Below are positions 38,529 to 47,419 of a DNA stretch of 64,000 bases, one piece after another. Both the position numbers and the translations under genes were made by a program. Source of the stretch: Candidatus Dojkabacteria bacterium (GTDB taxonomy: Bacteria > Patescibacteriota > Dojkabacteria > SC72); assembly GCA_018056375.1 (NCBI GenBank), contig JAGPFQ010000001.1, positions 167,995 to 231,994 on the forward strand, written 5' to 3'. The notes beneath the pieces were generated by a model. That model was not told the origin of the DNA, did not search any database, and was given only the letters and a program-made list of their open reading frames with translations. Every line of letters begins with the position of its first letter. Position 1 is the stretch's first letter.

Positions 38529-39578
38529 TTACTTTTCTACTGATATCATATAAAACAATATCGTATTCTGCAAATCTTTTTTATTTGCCCCAGATAGTAT
38601 TTCTTCAATTATTTTATCTTTTGTAGTTGGTTTAAAACTGTTGCTTAAAACTATATCGATATTTCCACATAAACGTGTGAGTAGTATAGGTACTTCTTCT
38701 CGATTACATTCTTTTTTAAGATTTTCAACCAGAGTATCCGATTTATCTGTTAGAAAAAAGAATTGTAATTGATAATTACCACCCACTTTTAGTAAATCTT
38801 TGTTCTCAACGGTTATTGTGGTAAACAAATCCTCTCCTTCTGAGAACTCTATCTGTCTTGAAGGTAAAGTAAAGATAACATCTTTGCCTTCTATTGTAGA
38901 TTTGAAAGTAAGTTCTAAAATATCACCTTTAGTCTCAATGTTCTGTAATTGGTTTGTGAATGTATATATATGTCCAGCTTCTTCAATACCAAAAGTATTT
39001 TCCTTCATGACAACATAGTTGTAATAATCATCGGACGTGGCATTCTCTAGTGATACTACAAACCCTGTTTGGGCAATATCCTTGTTTTTATAAAACTCTT
39101 CATAGTATTCAGTATCGCTAACATTTGCTATTTCTAGACTAGAATATTCAAAAGTAAAGAGTTTACTCTTGCTATATATTATTGAGTATTTTAGAGGTAA
39201 AAACGAATCAACTTCTAACCATTCACCCATCCCTTCCCATTTAACTCTGTTATTACCTTCACATATGTTAAATACAAAAGTTTTGTCCTCTTCTTTTTTT
39301 GGGATAGTAATGAAGTTATAACAATGTGTCATTAACCTTTTATCTAACTCCTGAGGGGGATAAAGAAGTCCTTTACACTTAACCTCTACTGTATCTTTTG
39401 TTTTAACATAATCACAATCATCTAATAGTTCTTCATACTTATCTAATACAAACCATCTACCATACTTAAAACCATTCCTAATTACATCTTTATAAACAAA
39501 TACAAAAACACCTAAGAGTAGTAATAAAAAACTAATGGATAATATAACAATTGTCTTCTTAGAAGCAGTAATCTTCAT
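38529..39578 (-). CDS. hypothetical membrane-anchored protein (first gene of the secreted-protein operon)
   Basis: 349 aa; N-terminal TM. Confidence 0.45.
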   Translation of the reverse strand: MKITASKKTIVILSISFLLLLLGVFVFVYKDVIRNGFKYGRWFVLDKYEELLDDCDYVKTKDTVEVKCKGLLYPPQELDKRLMTHCYNFITIPKKEEDKTFVFNICEGNNRVKWEGMGEWLEVDSFLPLKYSIIYSKSKLFTFEYSSLEIANVSDTEYYEEFYKNKDIAQTGFVVSLENATSDDYYNYVVMKENTFGIEEAGHIYTFTNQLQNIETKGDILELTFKSTIEGKDVIFTLPSRQIEFSEGEDLFTTITVENKDLLKVGGNYQLQFFFLTDKSDTLVENLKKECNREEVPILLTRLCGNIDIVLSNSFKPTTKDKIIEEILSGANKKDLQNTILFYMISVEK

Positions 39579-39592
39579 ATATATAATATATC

Positions 39593-40339
39593 CTACATAG
39601 AACTTAAAACCCTGTCAATATTGTATAGTAAGTCTTTCTTATCCTGTGCATTCTCCATTAACCATTCTAAATACTCTCTATCTGTCTTAACAACATCCTC
39701 AAGGTTATACCCTGCATACTTACCAAATGTAAGTGTACGAATATACTGTGGTTCTTTAGATATAGTCATCATATTCTCTGGTGTAAGTACAGAATTATGT
39801 TGTAAATAATCAAAAAGATTCTTAAGTACAATCACATCACCCATAGCATCATGTGGTAATATTTCAGTATCTTTTTCTTTTTTGTAAAGACCTAAATAAT
39901 ATCTAAGATATTGTAATGAATAGCTCTCAAGGTCTCTCTTGTTCTCATCTTCTAACATATTCCTAGCTACCTTAAGTGTACATATATATTTAGGTATCTC
40001 TATACCTTTCTTCTTAAGTACTTCCATATCAAACTCTACATTATGTGCTACCCATATATATTCCTTACCCAGGTTATTAAGATGTTCTTTTAGTGTAATC
40101 TCTGAGAAAAGAGTCATAGAGGTAGTATCTTGTACCATCCTCTCTTTAAACATAGGTTTGTCTTCTAGAAATTCAGGTGTAATATGGTGTACAGCCATAG
40201 CTCCAAACGATATATCTTGTTCAGGTTTAAAATATTCATTAAACTCCTTACCATCACTAGTTAGAAAAGCTAGTTGAATGATATCTTTACTCTGTACATC
40301 AGTTGTTTCTGTATCAAAAAAAAGAAATTTCTGTTCCAT
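39593..40339 (-). CDS. DEDDh 3'-5' exonuclease (DnaQ-like) with C-terminal extension
   Basis: Exo I motif FFDTETTD; later H/D motifs. Confidence 0.7.
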   Translation of the reverse strand: MEQKFLFFDTETTDVQSKDIIQLAFLTSDGKEFNEYFKPEQDISFGAMAVHHITPEFLEDKPMFKERMVQDTTSMTLFSEITLKEHLNNLGKEYIWVAHNVEFDMEVLKKKGIEIPKYICTLKVARNMLEDENKRDLESYSLQYLRYYLGLYKKEKDTEILPHDAMGDVIVLKNLFDYLQHNSVLTPENMMTISKEPQYIRTLTFGKYAGYNLEDVVKTDREYLEWLMENAQDKKDLLYNIDRVLSSM

Positions 40340-41148
40340 TACCTGACTATACTATCATATATGCTTCCAATTTTCCCACCATTCTCTTTAGCTATCTGTA
40401 TGAGTTCATTAAAATTATTCTTCAACCATTCTACGTCTCCTTCCCTGTTATGAAGGAGAAGTACTCTACCCTTTTGTTTGTAGTAGAGCTTTCTTAGATA
40501 GTCCATATCTTCTAACTCTGTCATGGTCCATCTCATGTTAAGGAGGTTGTTATCAGTAACCCACTTTATCCATACCCTATCAAAGTATCCATATGGAGCT
40601 CTTACACTCTTTATACTAAAGCTTTGATCTTGAAGTATATTTCTAAATATATCTGTAAAAGCATTAAAATCTTTATCTAACTCCTCTACACTTCTTTTTC
40701 TAGTATGGTCTGTGGTGTGATACCCTATCTCATATCCAGAGTTGTATATATCTCTCCATAGTTCTAGATGTTCTGGATTATGTGGATTGATATATATTGT
40801 GTTTGGGAAGAATGTTGCTGTGATATTGTATTCTCTTAATAACTGATACATTCTTTTTGTTTGTTCAAAGTTATACGAATCATCTATTGTTAGTACTAGG
40901 TTTTTACCAAATATTTCCCAGTTTTCTAGTGTATCATGTGGTAGTTTAAATCTATGAAAGCTATGTGCATTAATCTTAGGTCTGTGGGGTATGTAGTAGG
41001 TGAAGTGTTGTATTTGATTATCTGGTAATTGAAGGGTATATGTGTAGTGGTATTGTGATGATATATCATCGGTGTATTCATAGACGACTTTGTATTTGAT
41101 TGGTTTTGAGATAGGTTTTGTAAAGAAGAACATGTAGTATTTTAACAT
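40339..41148 (-). CDS. polysaccharide deacetylase (NodB homology, CE4)
   Basis: TIDDS motif 1; GYEIGYHTTDH motif. Confidence 0.7.
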   Translation of the reverse strand: MLKYYMFFFTKPISKPIKYKVVYEYTDDISSQYHYTYTLQLPDNQIQHFTYYIPHRPKINAHSFHRFKLPHDTLENWEIFGKNLVLTIDDSYNFEQTKRMYQLLREYNITATFFPNTIYINPHNPEHLELWRDIYNSGYEIGYHTTDHTRKRSVEELDKDFNAFTDIFRNILQDQSFSIKSVRAPYGYFDRVWIKWVTDNNLLNMRWTMTELEDMDYLRKLYYKQKGRVLLLHNREGDVEWLKNNFNELIQIAKENGGKIGSIYDSIVR

Positions 41149-41203
41149 ATTTAGAGGTAATAATATTGAGGTTAAAATTTATAGAAGGTATAATTAGGAT
41201 AGG

Positions 41204-41941
41204 ATGTTTAAACCAACTACAGAGAAAATAAAAAAGATTTACAAAGAGAGAAAGTCTCAAGTAGATTTTTTAGATAAAAAGGTATTTAAAGGTAAAACTA
41301 ATATATATATTGACTGGGCTAATGTGTTTTTTTGGCAAGAAAAACTTGGTTGGCATATTGAAGTCAAAAGGTTGAAGCAATTTCTATCCTCTTTTCAACA
41401 GGTTAATTCTATAAAAATATACCAAGGATATTTTGAAGGGAACAAGGTTGCTGAGCAGGAACTACTTGATTGGGAATCTTGGGGTTTAGAGGTTCGAAAA
41501 AAGCCCATTAAAGAGATAAATATTAGTATAGATTTGACTCCTTTTAGATCAGATGATACGACCGTTATTAATCGAGTAATGCTAAAACAGTTAGTTAAAA
41601 AATTACCAGTTAAAAGTATTGAAATAATAAATAAAGAGATAAGAGAATTGAATAGCAATGGAATTAAGAAACTTTCTATGCATAAATGTAACTTTGATGT
41701 TGAAATGACTAGTGATATGAGGATTGATTCAAGAGATGATGAGAAAGTAAAAACATTTGTAGTATGGAGTGGAGATAGTGATTTTGTAGATACAGTAAAT
41801 GCTTTAGGTAGTGATAATAAAAAAGTTGTTATTTTCTCAACAAAAGGGATGATTTCTTATGAACTTTCTCATTCTAAAGCATATTTCTATGATGTTAAAA
41901 ATATTAAAAACTTTATTTGTTGGAATAAAGAGATAGGGTAA
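41204..41941 (+). CDS. NYN-domain (LabA-like, PIN-like RNase) protein
   Basis: IYIDWANV N-terminal Asp box; VVWSGDSDF C-terminal motif. Confidence 0.6.
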   Translation: MFKPTTEKIKKIYKERKSQVDFLDKKVFKGKTNIYIDWANVFFWQEKLGWHIEVKRLKQFLSSFQQVNSIKIYQGYFEGNKVAEQELLDWESWGLEVRKKPIKEINISIDLTPFRSDDTTVINRVMLKQLVKKLPVKSIEIINKEIRELNSNGIKKLSMHKCNFDVEMTSDMRIDSRDDEKVKTFVVWSGDSDFVDTVNALGSDNKKVVIFSTKGMISYELSHSKAYFYDVKNIKNFICWNKEIG

Positions 41942-41950
41942 TAAAAGCAA

Positions 41951-41976
41951 AAAAGGGCTCTATTCAGAGTCCTTTT
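41951..41976 (+). terminator. hairpin plus T-run after the NYN gene
   Basis: GGGCTCT-attc-AGAGTCC followed by TTTT. Confidence 0.45.
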
Positions 41977-42090
41977 AAGCCATTGTCTTCTTGACATTAA
42001 GTCAACTGCATTATATCTAAAAGGTTTGTAGATGTCAAATGATGCATTAGTTTACATTAGCTGCGTCCAAGTATAATCTTGTAGTTAAAA

Positions 42091-42597
42091 CTAGAATCTA
42101 GGTTTTTCTTCACAATCTTTTATTATCTCAAGAAGACTTTTCCAATATTTAGAATTAACAAATTTTTCTACTTCTTTATTTGCAATCCTATTTATCTCTT
42201 TCTTTCCTACATTCTTTTTACCAATTACCTTCTTCATTTCATCTTCTAGACAATCCTCATGCCAGAATATATGTATATTAGGAAATTGTTTTTCTATCTT
42301 CTTCTTCTCTTTTTCCCAATTTTTAGGGAAATCCTCTTTTAGTTTATCTAAGTCAATGAAACAAATAACTATGTCAAAGTCTCTGTTAGAAGATGTTTGA
42401 TAGCATTTTTGTAGTATTGTTTCAGGACAACCACCTGATGCATTGTCTAAAAGAAAAATCCATTTTGATGTATGATACTTAAACTTCTTGAGAGAAGAGA
42501 GATTTTTTATGAAGGTTTTATCTTTCCTTCCTTCACCAAAGAGCAGTCCTGTATATGGATGCCCTGTACTAGATTTTGATGTTTGGGAATGCTCCAT
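42091..42597 (-). CDS. small TOPRIM-like protein (DUF4276-like), partner of the upstream ATPase
   Basis: GEG glutamate followed about 60 aa later by DLD (TOPRIM E...DxD pattern); 29-nt overlap with the ATPase gene. Confidence 0.5.
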   Translation of the reverse strand: MEHSQTSKSSTGHPYTGLLFGEGRKDKTFIKNLSSLKKFKYHTSKWIFLLDNASGGCPETILQKCYQTSSNRDFDIVICFIDLDKLKEDFPKNWEKEKKKIEKQFPNIHIFWHEDCLEDEMKKVIGKKNVGKKEINRIANKEVEKFVNSKYWKSLLEIIKDCEEKPRF

Positions 42598-43753
42598 ATT
42601 TTCCAGCTAGATATTTATTTAAAAAATTATCATCACTTCTTACACCATCTATTTTGTTTAATCTTTTAACAATGCTTTCTCCATCATTGTTCTTTTCTGT
42701 TAGATAGATTTGGTGCATATCTAGCTTGTTCATACTAGCAAGTGAGAGTGAGGAGAAGATTAGTTGTGCATGTCCATCAGCATTTTCATCAATGAAATAT
42801 GTAATTATCTTGTTTAGAGCCTCCGGGTGCAATCCTAGTTCTATTTCATCTATGATTGCGACTCCATTGTATTTGAGGGCTTTAAGTATCTTTGTCATTA
42901 AGAAGAAAATACTCTGTGTTCCTCTTGATTCGTAGAGGAAAGGAAGCCTTTTATCTCCGTGAGAGGTTGTATGTATACCTGATACCATATAGTCGGTAAA
43001 TGCACTTCCTTTTTTTACTTCTTTTTCTATTTCTATACTAGTTAACCCCAAGTCAAAATTCTTCATAACATCAAGAGTCTTCTCTTTTATCTCTGTGTCT
43101 CTTTCATATGATTCAAAGGCATCTATTTGGTAAGGAATGATATTGTGTTGTCCAATCTCATTTATATTAGTGTAGAAATTATTGAAATATTCTATGAGTG
43201 TATTGATTACTTCTATATCATAGAGAGATTTTAGGAATGGGATAAAGGAGATATCTTCTCTAATTCTTGGCAATATTGATGGTTTAAGATTTTTAAAATA
43301 CCTCTTGTTTAATTCTAATATATTATCTTTCTCCCTTTTGAAGAGAGTAACAGGCTGTGCTCCTTTTTTAATCTCTTTTACTATTAATATTTCTTTGTTT
43401 ACACTGTTTTCTTTTAATACCAATTTGTATGTAAATATGTTTTCTTTAATCTCAAAAACTATTTCAATATTGGTAGGTTTCTTGTTATTGAAGAAATTAC
43501 TGTATGGAATGAATATATTTTCTACATTACCATTTCTATTTAGATTTGTGAGAAAGTATCCAAGAAATCCAAAAAGTCTGATAACATTAGTTTTACCAGA
43601 AGCATTCGCACCTATGAAAGACGCTACTTTAGTTATCTGGTCTCCTTTGGGAGAGTTAAAGTAATCGTAGGAATCTTTTTTGTTTGCAGTAAAATCAATT
43701 TCTTGTCTCTCTTTAAAGGAGTAGAAATTGTCAAATGTTATACTTCTAATCAT
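42569..43753 (-). CDS. AAA_21/ABC-type ATPase of the OLD/AbiL/PARIS-AriA class
   Basis: Walker A GANASGKT, Q-loop/signature region, Walker B AIIDEIELGLHP, H-loop. Confidence 0.75.
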   Translation of the reverse strand: MIRSITFDNFYSFKERQEIDFTANKKDSYDYFNSPKGDQITKVASFIGANASGKTNVIRLFGFLGYFLTNLNRNGNVENIFIPYSNFFNNKKPTNIEIVFEIKENIFTYKLVLKENSVNKEILIVKEIKKGAQPVTLFKREKDNILELNKRYFKNLKPSILPRIREDISFIPFLKSLYDIEVINTLIEYFNNFYTNINEIGQHNIIPYQIDAFESYERDTEIKEKTLDVMKNFDLGLTSIEIEKEVKKGSAFTDYMVSGIHTTSHGDKRLPFLYESRGTQSIFFLMTKILKALKYNGVAIIDEIELGLHPEALNKIITYFIDENADGHAQLIFSSLSLASMNKLDMHQIYLTEKNNDGESIVKRLNKIDGVRSDDNFLNKYLAGKYGAFPNIKI

Positions 43754-43872
43754 AAGTTTTGTTAATTTTGAATATATTATACTTACCTAAACTAAGTATA
43801 CAGAAAAGAGACAAAGATTGCAAGTTGCTACAGATTGTTGTAGTAAACACCAAAGTGGTACTCTCTTAAATT

Positions 43873-45057
43873 GTGTATAATGAACTCATGGATGTAGAAC
43901 TTTCATCTAAACAGAAAAAGGTAGTAGATAGTATCTTAGATTGGTACAAGAGTAAGAAGACTCAGTATGTGACTCTAGGTGGATATGCAGGTACTGGTAA
44001 GACTACCCTACTTGGTCATCTTGGGAATATGTTGCATAGGGAGTATAAAGGGATTTCAATTGCATATTGTTCATTTACTGGTAAGGCTTCTTTAGTGTTA
44101 AAAAAGAAATTAGAAGAGAGTAAGTCTTTAGATCCTTCTGATTACATAGGTACTATTCATAGATTGATATACAAAGCTATTGTAGATGAGGATGACAACA
44201 TTATCGGTTGGGAGAAGATACCTGTTGATTCGTTTGAATATGATTTAATTGTTGTAGATGAAGCATCTATGGTCTCTGAAGATATATGGAATGATCTTCT
44301 TAGTTTTGAGAAACCAATTCTTGCTGTTGGAGACCATGGTCAGTTACCACCTGTTGAAGGTAAGTTTAATCTCATGGCTTCCCCTATGCTTCGTCTTGAG
44401 GAGATATATCGTCAAGAGAGAGGTAATCCAATTATCATGGTTTCAGAGCTAGCAAGAAAGTATGGAGATATCCCTGTTATGGAGTTCTCCTCTACTGTTA
44501 GGAAGTTTAGTAAGGAAGATGAGAACCTCCAAGAGTTTCTTTCAGAGAAGTTGTCTGGATATGATGAGAATATGATGGTATTGGTGGGATACAATCATAC
44601 TAGGGTGAAGTTAAATAACGGGATTAGGCAATTCTTAGAATTTGACAGTCCAAAACCTCAAATTGAAGACAGAGTTATATGTCTTAGAAACAATGCAGAG
44701 TTAGGTATATTTAATGGTATGTTAGGTACAGTTCAATCAATTGAGAAGAAGAATTTAGCAGATATGCTTGAATATTATGATGTTGATATACAGTTTGATG
44801 GAGAGGATAACCTATTCCATGGGAGTATGTCCGCTGAACAGTTTGGTCAGAGAGAAACTATGAGGAGTATTGGAAGAGAGATAGATCTTTTTGATTTCGG
44901 TTATGCTTTGACTGTACACAAAGCACAGGGTAGTCAAGCTGAGAAGGTTATACTTTTTGAAGAGAGATTTCCCAAGATGGATGATGATATGTGGAGGAGA
45001 TGGTTGTATACAGGTGTTACTAGGGCTGTTAGTGAGTTGTATATTGTTGGGAGGTAG
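43873..45057 (+). CDS. SF1B RecD/Dda/Pif1-like DNA helicase
   Basis: motif I GGYAGTGKT, motif II VVDEASMV, motif III AVGDHGQLPPV, C-terminal HKAQGSQ. Confidence 0.8.
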   Translation: MYNELMDVELSSKQKKVVDSILDWYKSKKTQYVTLGGYAGTGKTTLLGHLGNMLHREYKGISIAYCSFTGKASLVLKKKLEESKSLDPSDYIGTIHRLIYKAIVDEDDNIIGWEKIPVDSFEYDLIVVDEASMVSEDIWNDLLSFEKPILAVGDHGQLPPVEGKFNLMASPMLRLEEIYRQERGNPIIMVSELARKYGDIPVMEFSSTVRKFSKEDENLQEFLSEKLSGYDENMMVLVGYNHTRVKLNNGIRQFLEFDSPKPQIEDRVICLRNNAELGIFNGMLGTVQSIEKKNLADMLEYYDVDIQFDGEDNLFHGSMSAEQFGQRETMRSIGREIDLFDFGYALTVHKAQGSQAEKVILFEERFPKMDDDMWRRWLYTGVTRAVSELYIVGR

Positions 45058-45097
45058 AATATTATGTTATTTAAGAGAACATTCTACTATACTAGAA

Positions 45098-45153
45098 ATC
45101 ATGGATAAACCTAAGAGGACATTAAATCATGGATAAACCTAAGAGGACATTAA
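45098..45153 (+). repeat. perfect 2 x 28-bp tandem duplication spanning the start codon of the downstream ORF
   Basis: ATCATGGATAAACCTAAGAGGACATTAA present twice, head-to-tail. Confidence 0.9.
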
Positions 45154-45416
45154 ACAAACAAGAAGGGGAACTATTTCAACGAGCTGTTGCTTTTACAATC
45201 TCTGTTGCAGATAAATACAAAAATGACAGAGCATATGAAGCCGCTTTAGTAGGTCTTTATGTAGGGTTAAAAGCTTATACAGATAACGAACTCTCATTCA
45301 ACTTGGAAACATACTTACATTGGTTTGTTAAAACATCTATAGAATACGAGTTGGGGTACAAGAATAAGGATACAAAAATTTGGGGAGAGAAAAAAGAAAG
45401 TGCAGGGGAAAAATAA
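45129..45416 (+). CDS. small protein with weak similarity to sigma-70 region 2
   Basis: ALVGLYVGLKAYTDNELSFNLETYLHWFVKTSIEYEL resembles sigma region 2.1-2.2 (DLIQEGNIGL...FSTYATWWIR); 95 aa. Confidence 0.3.
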   Translation: MDKPKRTLNKQEGELFQRAVAFTISVADKYKNDRAYEAALVGLYVGLKAYTDNELSFNLETYLHWFVKTSIEYELGYKNKDTKIWGEKKESAGEK

Positions 45417-45570
45417 ATTCTTATTTCTCCCCTGAGGGTAGCTGTATTGTTGTTATTTATCGTTTACCTTACTTTGCTTGTGTGTCTGTTTTTGAGTCAC
45501 GATCTCTATCGAAAAGTTTCCCAAGAGGATTAGATATTACATCTAAATTTTGGTATAATGTTAAGTAGAG

Positions 45571-45622
45571 AGGTGGAAGCCACCTGGCCCCTTTGTGCCA
45601 GGACTAAGCTTCCACCTTTTTT
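45571..45622 (+). terminator. strong nested hairpin plus T-run, directly preceded by an extended -10 (TGgTATAAT at 45551-45559)
   Basis: AGGTGGAAGC...GCTTCCACCT outer stem with inner CCTGG...CCAGG stem, followed by TTTTTTG. Confidence 0.6.
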
Positions 45623-45717
45623 GTTATTTCCAAGATATCTATAACTCTTCTGTTTTTGATAATAATGATATTTAGATTTTCATTAAGCTTTTAGTTTACT
45701 TGTGTTAAAATTCCCAC

Positions 45718-46695
45718 ATGGTAAGTAAAGCATCTTTAAGTATAGAGAAGTTTAAACATATACTTTACTCTTGTTATGACTCCTCTACTGCATATGAAGC
45801 AACTAAAAAGATTTGGAGTAAAGAGAATAGATTTCTTGGTCAATGTGTAGTAACAGCACTTTTAGTTCAAGAATATTTTGGTGGAGATATTAAGAGAGGA
45901 TATATACCAGAGATGAATATGTCTCACTATTGGAATTATATTGATAGTAAGAAGGTTGTTTTAACAATAGAACAGATGGGTGATATATCAGATGTTAAGA
46001 TAAAGGATATAACTACTAAATCTAGAAATAACCTGCTAGAAAATGATTCAATTTCTACTAGATACTTCTTACTTAAGGAAAGAGTAGAGAAAAGGATAAA
46101 GGAGTGGGAAAGTTTAGAAAAGAAGATGTCTTTGTGTAGGAAGTGTAATATGCCATCATATTTTGAACATGATAGTGTACACTTTGGTAGTAATTGTGAT
46201 TTACTGTTTGTAGGAGAAGCTCCAGCAAAGAATGGTTGGAGGGTTACAGGTAGAGCTTGGTACAACCCTTCTGGTAATTTAGTTCCATCAGGTAAGGTTT
46301 TTGCTAAGTTGTTGGAGATAATAGATATTAGTGAGGTATCGGATATAACATTTTTAGAAGCAGTTCAGTGCTATCCGTTAGAAGGGAAAGTGAGGAGTGA
46401 GCATATAAAGAATTGTCAGCCTTTGTTAAGAGAACAGATATACCTGTTAGATCCATTAGTTATTATTCCTATGGGAGTAAAAGCTACGAAGGCATTATTA
46501 AATTTTACGAACTTTTCAGATGTTGTTGGTAAGTTTTCATCTGTTAGAATAAAAGGTAACGATTATAATGTTTTTCCAATGTATCATCCTTCCCCTATTT
46601 CACCAAAAAGTTTGAAAGATAATATTGTAGTATTTGAGAATCTTAAGAGGTATCTGTTAGAGATAGAGGATGAGAAGAGAAATGTAGTACTTTAA
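45718..46695 (+). CDS. uracil-DNA glycosylase superfamily (family 4-like) domain fused to an unknown ~150-aa N-terminal domain
   Basis: motif A GEAPAKNG; motif B HPSPISP; internal Cys cluster. Confidence 0.55.
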   Translation: MVSKASLSIEKFKHILYSCYDSSTAYEATKKIWSKENRFLGQCVVTALLVQEYFGGDIKRGYIPEMNMSHYWNYIDSKKVVLTIEQMGDISDVKIKDITTKSRNNLLENDSISTRYFLLKERVEKRIKEWESLEKKMSLCRKCNMPSYFEHDSVHFGSNCDLLFVGEAPAKNGWRVTGRAWYNPSGNLVPSGKVFAKLLEIIDISEVSDITFLEAVQCYPLEGKVRSEHIKNCQPLLREQIYLLDPLVIIPMGVKATKALLNFTNFSDVVGKFSSVRIKGNDYNVFPMYHPSPISPKSLKDNIVVFENLKRYLLEIEDEKRNVVL

Positions 46696-46860
46696 ACTCC
46701 TATATTTTATAAGTAATAATTCTTCTAATAGCTTATATCTATCTGAAAACAAGGTTAGTATTTTCATCTATTTTTTGATATAATTATAGATAGGAAGCAG
46801 GGTAGCACCCTCTGCTGTATTGAAATAATATACACAAGGCGGAGGTAGACGCCCTGCTTG

Positions 46861-47331
46861 CTATTTAAGTACAATCTTGTGCAGTCCTTTCTTATCATAA
46901 ACTATTATATTATTAATATATCTCTTCTTTGCTTTATTCTTAATACGAGAAGAATTATACTCACATAATCGTTTTAGAAGTTTTTCTTGAAGAATATTGT
47001 TTCCTAGATCTAAAAATATATTTCTTTTTCCTTTATCTACTGACTCATTAATCCTTTTAATAACAGTTCTTTCTGAAAAATTCTTTTTTAATATGCTTTT
47101 TAATTCCCATTCTTGATTATTCCAAATAAAATCATTGGTTGGATAATATCCTCCTGTTTTAGTATCTACAAGACTATCTCTCTTTATCCATTTAATATCT
47201 TCTCCTCTTTCTGTAAACCTTTTTACAAAATTTCTTTCATGTACCCTAAGAATATTGTTATCCTCATATTCTTTCTTTGTTAAACCAATTCTTCTGTATA
47301 TGGGAGTATTTAGAAAATTTTTCTTTCTCAT
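46861..47331 (-). CDS. basic hypothetical protein, possible PD-(D/E)xK nuclease
   Basis: NDFIW...EWELK pattern; 156 aa; Lys/Arg-rich. Confidence 0.3.
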   Translation of the reverse strand: MRKKNFLNTPIYRRIGLTKKEYEDNNILRVHERNFVKRFTERGEDIKWIKRDSLVDTKTGGYYPTNDFIWNNQEWELKSILKKNFSERTVIKRINESVDKGKRNIFLDLGNNILQEKLLKRLCEYNSSRIKNKAKKRYINNIIVYDKKGLHKIVLK

Positions 47332-47419
47332 ACCTACAGATTACTCTATAAATATGAAATATAGATTAAATGTAAAGGAAAGATTGGAATATGAAATGTA
47401 TTCGTAATATAATAAAACT

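Noticed and set aside
45380-45568. 62-aa ORF overlapping the end of the sigma-like gene and the spacer
   Set aside because: It has Cys/Arg-rich odd composition, overlaps a promoter/terminator region, and has no start-site signals; it is probably spurious.
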